64,000 bases of DNA from Podarcis filfolensis. Its lineage: Eukaryota. Below are positions 48,522-59,720 of this stretch, piece by piece. The stretch lies in NCBI GenBank assembly GCA_964270895.1, contig OZ185435.1; one strand, written 5' to 3'. The notes under the pieces are model-generated. The model saw only the letters and a program-made list of their open reading frames with translations. It ran no database searches and was not told the DNA's origin. A program made the translations under genes and the position numbers. Within the stretch, counting starts at the first letter, position 1. Each line of letters begins with the position of its first letter.

Positions 48522-48688
48522 CCATATTTTTCCATGTATAAGACTAGGTTTTTCTCCTAAAAAATAATGTCCAAAATTTGGGGGTGTCTTATACACGGAT
48601 AGATCTTCCCCCATTTTCTTAAATTGGAGTACCCCCCCAAATTGGGGCATATTATACATGTAGGGGTCTTATAGACAGAAAAATACAG
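48522..48688. mobile_element. Tc1/mariner (Tc2/pogo-like) MITE
   Basis: TA-CCATATTTTTCCATGTATAAGAC ... GTCTTATAGACAGAAAAATACAG-TA. Confidence 0.75.
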
Positions 48689-51600
48689 TAATTGTTTGAA
48701 ATCAGTTTTGATTGTGCAGACTGTAGTCATTCAAAATCAGAGCACCATTTGCAGAAAATAATGGGGGCTTGCTCATAAACTCAGGAGCGTGTTGGGTTTT
48801 CTACCTCCTTACAGTTGTGTCGCTGGACTGGGTACCACATAACGTTTCCATTTACAAGGGCAACTGCTGTAGATTCTTCTGGTGCTTCTTCCACCACAAA
48901 TGTTGCAGTAAAGAAGCCTTATTATGACTATTCCTTTTCCAGCATAGCAGGAAGGAATGCAGTTCCATGCCCTCCCATTCCACCTGTCCAAATACCTGCC
49001 CTCCTCCCATTATCTTCTCTGGGATACAGACTAAAGCCTGTTTGCTGCTGCTGCTGCCAGTGAGGAGGATGGGCAAAGTTGCCACTTCAGCAGGAGCCAC
49101 AGCAATTAGTTCTGTTGCTTCAGAGCTTTTCAAAGAAAATGCATGTTCTCTGGACTAACAGGTGGCAAGTGCAGAGAGGAAAGCTATATAGAAGGATCAT
49201 TTGCTGTAACAAAACCTGTGCCCTGTTCCATTGTCTACCAATTAAGAGTAACTTTATGGAGCATGGCATCACCCATTTTTGTCTGATGGAATTTAGTTCT
49301 GCTGCACTTCTATTGCATGGGGTAGAAGATGGCATTTTGAAACATCTTGCGTTATGTATGGGAAGTGTCTGTTTCACTCTAAAGTGCTGGTAGTTTCTCA
49401 AATAAGATGTGCCGGGGGGTTCTGGTCAACCTGACAGCCCTGTTCTCTGAAAGCAGGGGGTTAATACTGAGAAGGAAGCTTTCCGTACATGCTCAGTGGT
49501 AGTGTTCATATTTATGTCACAAGGCCCAAGGCTGAGTGCTTGCATATGATTCTGGGGCCAGTCTCTGGTTTGCTCCAACTCAAATTAAGCTGCATGTAAA
49601 TGGATCATGAGTAGCTTATAGAAAAGGGCATCTTGCACTGCTTCAGAGTGAAATAGACATCAGATAGGAAGAAACTGGACATGGGCTACATTTTTTTAAA
49701 AAATTGTAAGAGTGCTGCATTGCAGGCGGTTGGACTCGATGGCCATTCCAACTCCACAATTCTACGATTCCATGAGTGCAAATAACAGATGTCAGCAACC
49801 TCAAACCCTGCCTGGAAATTCATGAACTAAAGACTTTAAAGCAATGCATTTCAGCAAGAACTGAAGGCTAGAAAAGCACATCCGAGCAAGTTCATGCAAG
49901 GTAAAATTAAGATATTGTATTTGTTGACCAAGAAGAGCACCCAAGCTTAAACGTACATATACACAGCCGCAGTCATAGCTGCTTTAATCAGAAGTTTGCA
50001 TGCCAGAGAGCGCGTGGAAGAATGCAAACAAAACAATTCTGCTCTGAGATAGGACCTGAAAAAAGTGCTCCAGGGAAAGTTTAGATGCTGTTCTGCAAAG
50101 TGTGGGTTTTGTTGCATGTAGCCAACATGTGTGGTCCAGAACCCTCAGGGTCCATGCTAGGAAGACACATCCATCTGTCCATCTCTTTGACTAAAGCTGT
50201 CTGACAGTGGAACAGGCTGCCACAGAAGCTGGTGGACTCTTTTCATTAGAAGCTTTGAAGCAGAGGCCAGAAAGCCACCTCTGAGGGATGTTGTCGTGGT
50301 GCCGTTCCTGCATTGGTAGCGGGTTAGACTGGATGACCACTGGGTTCCTTTCCAGGACTGATCCTATGGTTGCACACACACTAACCTGCTTGTAGCACAA
50401 ATGTGTTTTTCTCAATCTGGAATCGTTCATGTTTGCTCTCAACATGCTGTTTTCAATCTAGATTGATTCTAGATACTACCATCTTACTAGGGTGGCTGTG
50501 GTTACTTGATATTAAAACCCTCTCCCTGATTACATCATCCATGCTTTTCCTTTCTACACATGCTCCAGGTGAATGAAGAAGGAAATGGTGATTGCCACCT
50601 TACTGCAATGAACTTTTATTTTCAGAATGACAGTTTTCCAGTGAGCACTTTTCAGGAGCAAAATATATACGCGATAGATCTGGTTTGTGTGCGGACTGTG
50701 TAGGGAAAACAACCCAGTCTATGTAAAGAAAACCATGTAGGGAAAACAACTTGGTCTCCATTGATTCTAGAATACAATTTTGGGTGTACACAGCCTAAGA
50801 TTCTTACATGTGATCATCTTGCCAAAGAAAAACCCTTTGCTAAAATGCCCAGTAAGCCTGAATGCCAGAATGTGACAGCTGATGGATTAGTTTCAACACA
50901 CACTGACATCTGCACTAGAGCCACATTGCTTTGACACCCTTTCAGAGTTCAAGCCCACTACAGATGTTCTGAAGGAGACTTGGGACAGAATGGCTGTCTG
51001 AAACATATGCTAACAGAATTGGGACAGATGGTGTCAGGCAGACGAAGGGATGGTAGGTTTTCAAATGGTTGACTAGAAATTTATGACCTTCTGCGGTTGC
51101 AGTAGCAGAGCTGAAAGGGATGGCTAGCACCAGTACGCTTTTGTCTACTTTCAACAGTGTGCTTTGCTCTGTATAAATGTGTGTTCTTAAAAATCCATGT
51201 GTGACAAGTTGAGGCTCAGGAAGGTGGGTTAGGAAAAATGGGCTTTAAAGGAGGGGAGCAATGGAGAGAGGTATCTCAGAGGTTCCCCACTGCTGCTATA
51301 GCTGGATGTATAAGTAAATAATCCTGAGCACTGCCCATATCAAGCTATACAGTTGCCAATTTTTAGGGCCTTGTTTTGTCTAACATTGTTTTACTGCCTC
51401 TCACAATGGAAGCTAGTTTGTGAGGTTGTGGAGCCACTCTGTCATACTGCAGCGCAAAGTACCGGTAAGTTTGAATAGTTTGCCATGCTAGTGAAAAGAA
51501 GTGAAATGCTGGGGTGTTAATCGTTGTGCCACATTTTAAACCTTCAATTTTGTTTATACCAGTTAATCGGGAAGGACCACAAAATAATTACAATGCAGTT

Positions 51601-53589
51601 TTGAAAGCGATTCATTATTGCATATAGCCTGTTCTCCTCTCTTGGCACACACACGCCTTTCCAGGCCTCCAACATTTCTGGATAATGGATCTCTCCAGAC
51701 AGGAACTTGATGCTGCTCTGTCTATTACTTCATAGTGCACCTGCCATTCTTAAGTGCACCATGTAAAGTAGACAGCTTGATGACCCCCAGCCCAGCTCCC
51801 CAGAGGCAAGCGGTGACTGCTCATGCATATGAATGCTCTAAAGATGTGTGCTGTATCATCAGGAATAAATAGGGGTTTGGAAGAGGAGGAAGAACTGAGA
51901 ATGGAACTCGGATCTATTTATGTAGAGGAAAGACTGAACTTTTCCACTGATATGATTCCAACATAGTATCAGGAACTCAGGCAAAAATAAGGAGATTTTC
52001 TCAGTGAAAAATACTCAGAATTGTATTCTGATTAAAGATAAATGGTGCTATGGAAGGATGGTGAAGCTAGAGTGATAGGGCTAAGCACACACAAAAAAGT
52101 TTGTGAAGAACCTTGAGTTGTAGTATTTTGTTGGCCTTGCTATGCCATTAAACCCCAGGGAGGAGAAGAAGAAGAAAAGTCTGAATGATCTGTTGTCCAT
52201 GGAAATCATGATGCAGCAATTCTTAGTGCAGCTTCAGTGAGCTGCATATTATTAAATCCATACTTACGAAGAACATAAATCTAGAAAATGGATCACAAAT
52301 CAAGGCCGGGCAATTGAGAGAAAAGTGCAGCTCTCATCATAAGGCAAACTGGGAATGGCACAAAAGCAAGCATTTATAATAGGGATGGAGAACCTGTGTG
52401 CCTCCGAATGTTGGGCTCCAGCTTCCATCAGCGTCACCTAGCAAAGTAGCCAGGGATGATGGGAGTTGGAGTCCAACAACATCTGGAAGGCACACAGATT
52501 TCCCTTCTGTAATTTGAGAGATTATGTAGTCTATAGTATGCCTGCATCTTACACACATTTAACATGTGCAATTTCACCTATACACAGGCAGGGAGGAGTT
52601 TCTCTCACAAGAGCTTGTGGGATGTCCTGCAAGATTTTGTGAGAGCTTCCCTATCATTCCCAGAGCCAGAGTGGGCCTTGCTGAGAAGGAAGGCCAAGAG
52701 CTTAAAATCTCTTTTTTGCATGGGGAACCCCAAGCATACCAAGAGCTTTTAAGTTCTCAGCCTTGCTCCCTAAGAGTGTTTGGGGGAGACAAATCATGAG
52801 TCTGTGAATTAACTCAGGATAGCGCAGCAGGCGAAGGAGGATCAGGGGAGAAGCGAAGCAGCCAAGCTTTTCTTTCTAGGTACCCGCACATTTTCTTGTG
52901 CTCTCTAAAATCATGGTTTGGTTGAGCATTATATGCAAATGAAGCCATTGTGTGGCTATAGCTTTGCAGTGCAGTAAGTGGTCTTTAGGAATATGTGGCG
53001 GATAACTTTGGCTCATTTCTTAGCTAGTAAACATATTGATGATAGAAAGAAATTTCCCTCAAGATCAGTGTGGCTATTGACCCAGAAGGAATGGGATTGT
53101 CTTCCATCATATTATGGGGCTTGGCTCACTTGCTTGAATTACCTGGATCTATGTCTTCCGCAAAGACTTTTCTGTGGAGTACATGCTCCCTTCATCTGCC
53201 ACCTTATGTGTTCTGAACAGTGTCAGGAGATGAAGTGTACGGGTGTAGTCTGGGTATGTTTGGTTCCAACAGTTAAAATCAGTGTATCTTTGTCTCCTTT
53301 CAGCTCTTTGGTTTTATGACACTCTGGGGCTTTTAAAAAATGGTTGTACAGCTGTACAAATGGTTTCTTTCTTTTTAACTTAAAGCTCTTGTTACCTTAA
53401 AGACTTGAAGATTCCTTATTTACCACAGAAAGGCATTGAGAAAGCTATTTCCTGTGTCATAGAGTGACCCAGTGCATAATATTTACATTTTCAGAATGAT
53501 CCATAGGCATTTCAGTGGAGACACTTTGGGGATTTGGTTTTGCTTACCACTGAATTCCTTATGAGTTCTAACAAGAGTTAGGAAAAATT

Positions 53590-54225
53590 GCCGTGTCCAG
53601 ATTGCCTTGGCGTTACTTCCTTAAGCTATTCATATTCATTAGATTACTGCAACATGTTGGGCTGCCTCTGAAGACTGTTCAGAAACTTCAGCTGGTGAAG
53701 AATTTGGCAGCCAGGTTCCTCATTGGGGCAAGACAGTTTGAGCATATTACACCAATCCTGGCCCGACTGCACTGGCTGCCAATTAGTTTCAAGGCTCAAT
53801 TCAAAGTGTTGGTTTTTACTTATAAAGCCTTAAACAGCTTAGGACCTCAATACCTCAAGGACCGCCTTTCCCCATATGAACTGATTTGGATCCAGTGCTC
53901 ATCATCTGAGGCCCTTATTCGTGTGCCTGCTCCATGAAAGTTCCAGATGGTGGCAACACGAGAACAGGCCTTTTCTGTGTTTGTGGAATGCTCACCCCAG
54001 GAGGCTCGCCTGCCATCTTCATGGCATATCATTAGTCGCCAAGCGAAAGCGTTTCTCTATAACCAGGCCTTTGGCTGATTAACATTCTATGGCCCTTTAA
54101 ATATGTTTGTGGGAGGGGGAGTTACTGGTTTTTCTTCGTTTTATTATGAATTTGGTGTTCTTACTTTGTATTTTTATGTTGCGAACTGCCCTGTGATTGC
54201 CAGATGAAGGATGGTATAGAAAATT
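53590..54225 (+). mobile_element. L2-clade LINE 3' fragment
   Basis: HVGLPLKTVQKLQLVKNLAARFLIG...LHWLPISFKAQFKVLVFTYKALN plus the L2 3' UTR. Confidence 0.88.
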
Positions 54226-54229
54226 AATA

Positions 54230-54479
54230 CAGTCGTACCTTGGATCCCAAATGCCTTGTGACTCAAACGTTTTGGCTCCCAAACACCACAAACTCGGAAG
54301 TGAGTGTTCTGGTTTGCAAACGTTCTTTGGAACCTGAACATCCGATGGGGCTTCCACGGCTTCTGATTGGCTGCAGGAGCTTCCTGCAGCCAATCAGAAG
54401 CTGTGCTTTGGTTTCCGAACATTTTGGAAGTTGAATGGACTTCTGGAACGGATTCCGTTCGACTTCCAAGATATGACTG
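54230..54479. mobile_element. Tc1/mariner (Tigger-like) MITE with internal hairpin
   Basis: TA-CAGTCGTACCTTGGA ... TCCAAGATATGACTG-TA; 20-bp perfect inverted repeat inside (54359-54401). Confidence 0.85.
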
Positions 54480-55515
54480 TACATTGATTGATTAAATATG
54501 GAACTACTAGGCCCTCTCCAGTAGGTGGCAGCTGAGGTCAGGATCAGTTTTTTGTTTTTCTAGAACTTGCCCTCTGCACCAGGGATAGGGAATCTATGAC
54601 CCTCCAAATGTTTTTGGCTTACAGCTCCCATCATCCTTGATGGGAGTTGGAGCATCTAGAATGTTACAGTTTTCCCCCTTTCTAATCTACCCCAAACCCA
54701 AGTTTGGATTGCTTAGTTGCTAGAATTGTGACAGAATAGCAAGAGCATCTGTAGCTAAGTTTTGGAAAACTTTTTGTTTGGGCAACCTAGGCTATCGGTA
54801 AGTCAAAAGTTTGGCAAGTAGCCTCACTTTAAAAGATTTCATGTGAACAAGGAGGTTCATGGTCGAATGACTCCCTCGTTGTATACAGTATGCACTTTAA
54901 ACTTGTGCACATTCTGCTGTATGTGCTTGGCAAAATTATTTCTAAAAATTAAAAAGGGTGTGGAAGGGGGCAAGTGTCCAGGAAAAAAAGACTTTGGCGA
55001 TTGCACCCAATCTCTGCATACAGAAAACCAAGCATAGGACTGAGAAGGCTACGTCAGAACCCTTTCCTTGATATCTAGTTTTCTTTACTCAGGGGTTCTT
55101 TGGATGAAGAAGCAGTCCCATCACGTGATCCTCCGCCTGCATCCCAAAGTGGGGCAGTCCAGGCACAGGTTTACCACCTGAAATATTTTATCTGTATTTC
55201 CCCAACTTTGTCCTGCAGAAATTATTTGTTACACAGTAAACAGAGGGGGTGGGAGTACGGTGTCCCAATTATTTGTTAGGGCTGCTGCAAGGAGTGGTTT
55301 GTAAGAGCTTTTGATACGGTGACAAGTCGACAGCTTCTCTTCTAGGTGGCTTTGATTTGGAGCTTTGATGCCCTTTCACAAGGAGACGGTTGCTGCTGAT
55401 GAATTGCGACTGCCTGACCCACCCTCCTCCGCTTCCTAGCCTTATTACTGCTCTCATTCTTTCTCTCCCTCCCTCCCTCCCTCCCTCCCTCCGTCCCTGT
55501 TTTATATCCTGGCAG

Positions 55516-55749
55516 AGCCATGTGAATCTGCAGACCAGTAGCGTTCTGGGAGTGGGTGGAGGGGAGGCCAGCCGGCTCCAGGCAGAGATGCTTCAGCTAG
55601 ACCTGATTGATGCTACTGGGGACACCCCAGGCGACGAAGGGACAGCTCCTGAGCCGATCAAGAAGGAGCCCACGCCAGTGACCATGGACACCTACAGACC
55701 CAAGCGGCCCACGACGCTCAATCTCTTCCCACAGGTGCCTCGGACGCAG
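55516..55749 (+). CDS. MAPK8IP1: MAPK8IP1 exon 3 (234 nt) with JNK-binding domain [11 protein letters not shown] (55696-55728)
   Basis: Long pyrimidine tract then ggcAG|AGC...CAG|GTgagt. [12 protein letters not shown]...[21 protein letters not shown]...[21 protein letters not shown]. The start could instead be 55534 (in-frame second AG). Confidence 0.95.
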
Positions 55750-57169
55750 GTGAGTCCCTCGAGCGAGAAAGGGGGTGAGGTGGGTAGGGATCTGCAGGAG
55801 AGGGCAGGGCAGGAATAAGACAAGCGCTGTGTCTTAGATCTGAATAGACGTGTTTTGGATTGCTCTGTGATCGTTCCCAGTCACTGTCAAGCAGAAGATG
55901 AGAGCTGATAGTTTCCCCCTGCAGAAATAAGTCAGTGTCTGCAAAGCAAAGAAAGCATGTTCACCTCCCTGAACTCAAACCTCACATTTCCCCCCCCCCA
56001 ATAGTTGTGTTGCTTATGGGCAAGAATGTGCTCTAATTGGTGGGGAAAGCTGCCAGAGAGAGCCTTTGGGGTGTCTTGGAGCTCTGCATGCTTTATCTTT
56101 CCATGAAGATTGTAAGAGTCAGTGGTAGATTCTGGGATTAGAAGGTGGCAGGGGTGGGGAGACTGGGTTTCAGTGCTTGATTTCTGAATTGAGATGTTCT
56201 GGGGCTCAAACCACTGTAGACATTATAGTCTTTAAGTAGGAAATGCTGCTGTACAATCCCAAGATTGTGTGGTGTGTGCACATGTGTGTGGGGAGAGGGG
56301 GAACCTGTTAGCTGTGAGAGGAATGTACTCTGAACATGCTCAGAGTTTAACATTATTTCTGTTCAAAATATGTTCTGAGTCTGATAGCTGACAGACTGTG
56401 GATTAGAATAAGTTTTAGTGAGTTAAGAAGGCAGGGAATCCATTTTGGAATGGACACCGTTTTGGGGAAGCGAGAATTACCTCCCCAGAAATGAGACCAT
56501 AGGGATAACATCCTGGAAGTGGTTAATCCCTTTACCGGGAGACGTTTGGCTGGGATAACAGCTCTGCTGATGAAGGGAGACTCTGTGCAGTGTTTGTGTG
56601 TGCAAGAGGGTGTGGGTGGAAAGAAAGGAACAGCTCATTCTCCTGCATGCTCAGTGGGGCTTACCCCCAGGTAAGGAAGTTAACACTTCCATATCCTTTT
56701 GCCTGGGAAATATCAAACCGTTCCACAACATCTCTTCTGTGCATTCCCGTCCTCAAATGAGTCATGCAGATGATAAATGCCAAGTTTCCTCTAGAAATTC
56801 TTGGCATGTATACTGGTGCCTTGTTGTTTAATTTATCCTGCGTCGAAATGGTTTATAATGCATTCAGTCCATGGTGACCTTCTCTTCTGTTGAATGGCTA
56901 TAGAATTGTGCATTGTTTTGTGCCTAAGGAATGAAGCTCTAAAAAGCACCAAGATTCTGGACTTGGCCCAGAGAATTGTGAGGCCATCTTTGACCACACC
57001 AGAGTTGTCTGTAACCTGTTGCACCCTAGGAACCATTGTCAGGAAAGATATACCCCCTGAACAAGATTAGACGCCTAGCTGGGGATACTGGTCAGAATAA
57101 CTTAGTATTAGTTCAAAGGGGATTTGCTCAGAAAAGAACAGTGTGGGCACAGAAGAACCAAAATTACAG

Positions 57170-57280
57170 AGGGGCAGCCATGTTAGTCTGTTAAAGTAAA
57201 CACGAAGAATCCTGCAGCACCTTAAAGACTAATGGAATTATAGTAGCATTAGCAGACTGTACCACACTTCGTTACATTAA
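57170..57280. mobile_element. Penelope-like element terminal-repeat remnant
   Basis: gcagccatgttagtctg...gcaccttaaagactaa resembles reptile PLE termini (from memory); the hammerhead core is degenerate. Confidence 0.5.
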
Positions 57281-58469
57281 AGGAAACAAAATATTCCAGT
57301 TAGCTACCTGCATGTTTCTGCATTGTAGAGGGTTGGACTAGATGGCCCTTGGGGTCCCTTCCAGCTCTATGATTTGATGGTGGTGTAAGGAAGAGTACTT
57401 ACGATGGGGAACAATTTTACCAGGAAGTGGGAAGAGAACTTGCTGAAAGTATTCAAAAGGGAGCATTTATTAGAAGTAACAGGAAATGTGTGAGCAGTCT
57501 ATTTTGGCTGTGTTGCATGATACTGGAAAGAGTTTTTAAACTTCCCTATATCTGCAGCATCCCTCCTCCATCCAAGAGCAGGAGTGTAGATTTCAGCGCT
57601 CCGTGCTGTAACTGTTCGCAGCCTAGCCACCTGCAATCTCTTTATCTGCCTCTCTGTTGTTTAGTCTATAAAGCAAGTAGGGTTCCACATGCAACAAGAG
57701 GCTATTTTTAATCGTATGCTGTTCTGGGATATTGGCTCCACTTACTATATAAGAAGATTTCCCCAGTGACGTTAGCAATGGAAAGTGCACCGAAAGGCAG
57801 GTGCTGCTCTGTGCAGCAGATGGTGAAGACTGCATGTCTCTCTCTGTGTGTGTGTGTAGGTGGGGGCTGGGAATTGGTACCATTATGCAATTGACAATAG
57901 AGGCTATTAAAGCTCCAGCTGAAGAGCTGAATGGCTTGGGCTGGAGAAAAAGGGGACAAGGATAGAGCCCTCTTATCCAGCTTTTGCCAACCTGGTGTAA
58001 CTCCCAGCTTGGCCATACTGGCTGGGGCTGATGGGACTTGTAGTCCAGAATACCTGGAAAGTACCAGGTGGGCCAAAGCCACTCTCATCATAGCTGCGCC
58101 TCCAACTTCCATAGGAGAGTAAAATTGGAAAACACCTACTGTCATAGTCTCATGCACCCTGCAACATTCCCTCTGGCACCCAGGACCATGTGTAGCTCGG
58201 CTGTACCTGAAATTTCCACAAGAGATACCCCACTTGTTGGCTTTAGCGCTCAATGCCAGCAGTTTTGAGCTCTGTCTTAGAACCAAACAAGATGAGATAG
58301 AAGAATAGCCTTGTTTGAATTTTCACAGCAGATGCACCTGCAGAGACAGCCATTATGATGAGGACCACAATGCTGGGTGAAAGATTAATCCTTGAGCAGG
58401 ACATATTGGGAAAGGTGCCCTATACAGGCACCCAGTGCAGTTCCCAAAGAATAGTTGCAATACGTCTCC

Positions 58470-59720
58470 ACTTTGGGATCCGATACAGCAGCTGAGCTGT
58501 TGCATTTTGCACTATCTGCAGCTTCTGAACCCTCTTCGAGGGCAGCCCCGTGTTGAGCGCATTGCAGTAATTCAGTCAGGAGTCTACCAGAGTATGAATA
58601 ATGGTAGCTAAGTTATCCCAGTTCAGGAACAGCCATAGGTGGTGAACCAGCTATAGCTGAACGCATAGGCGCCAAGGGGAGACAAGCTCCCCCAGTATAT
58701 CTAAAATGGAAGGGCCAGGACCCCACAAAGTTCTGTGGTGACATGCGTGCACACCATGAGGCATGCTTGTGTCACACACACAAGCCACAGGATGCCCACA
58801 CAACACATCAGCAGCACACCTTGGGGCGTGCACGAGTGACACCAGCACACCATGAGGCGTGTGCGCACACTACTAGCATGCTGTGGGGCATGCTGATGTC
58901 ACGGGGCCCTGGGAGCCCTCATTTATAGGGGCAAGGTGGCAGCCCTGGCTGGGCATGTGCACACCTTGCCTTCCTGGACATCCAGTCTTGACTTTGAATC
59001 AAGGAGCACTGCCTGCTCCATATCAGTGAGTGTAAATCCCTCAAGAACAGGTTGCTTACCCTGTTCCTGGACATAGGAACCACCTCCCATCTTGTAAGGA
59101 TTCAGCTCCAGTTTATTGGTTCTCATCCAGCCCTTGACGGCTGCCAGACTTTGGGCTTCACCTGACTCAGATGGTATAAACAAATAGAGCTGGGTGCCAT
59201 CCACAAATGACTGGATCTTCTCACCTAGCAGTTTCATATGTGTTTGAAAAGTGTGGGGGAACAAGGTAGGTGCTTGATGATGACCCAAAAATTACTCTGC
59301 AGATAGCAGAACCATCACAGTACAGTGCTCCCAACTCTCAGTTTGCAGGGCTGCTCCAGGAAGATACCATGGTCTCTGGTATCTAAAGCTGCTGAGAGAT
59401 CCAGGAGAACCAAGAGGGATCCACCTCCCCTGGTATAGGGGCTGATGAAGGGACTAATCTGACTGATCCCTTCATGATGGATGAAGGAGCTGATCTGGCT
59501 TGCTTTACCAAGACTTGGGTGAATGAGCTGGGTGGGCCTGCCTGGGTACTTGGTACAACACCAGACTGAGGCAACAACTGTTGTTGTTGTCCACAAAAGC
59601 ACAATCTCCTTTTCCAGAAACCTCTTGATCTTGGGATGGGGTTCAAAGGTCTGCCCCTGGTGTTGGGCCAGAGAGACAGTATGTTTAAAGGAGACAAAAA
59701 TACTATTCTTGCGGTTTGTG
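58470..59720. mobile_element. Rearranged L2: RT/3' part on minus (58470-59445) abutting an endonuclease fragment on plus (59450-59720)
   Basis: Minus: LLVLLDLSAALDT.DHGI, GWMRTNKLELNP, NYCNAL..GLP. Plus: DEGADLACFTKTWV and PGYLVQHQ (AP-endonuclease motifs). Confidence 0.7.

Noticed and set aside
50699-50750. Direct repeat TGTAGGGAAAACAAC x2 plus a degenerate middle copy (NFAT-like GGAAAA)
   Set aside because: Too short to distinguish from local slippage; not CRISPR-like and has no supporting context.
57170-57280. Hammerhead ribozyme in the Penelope-like remnant
   Set aside because: The CTGANGA and GAAA core motifs are not intact. Other CTGATGA hits (40743, 59443) lie in L2 sequence without the required stems.
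57708-58286. 192-aa minus-strand ORF
   Set aside because: Crosses a MITE copy and a TG run, has no recognisable motif and no convincing exon boundaries.
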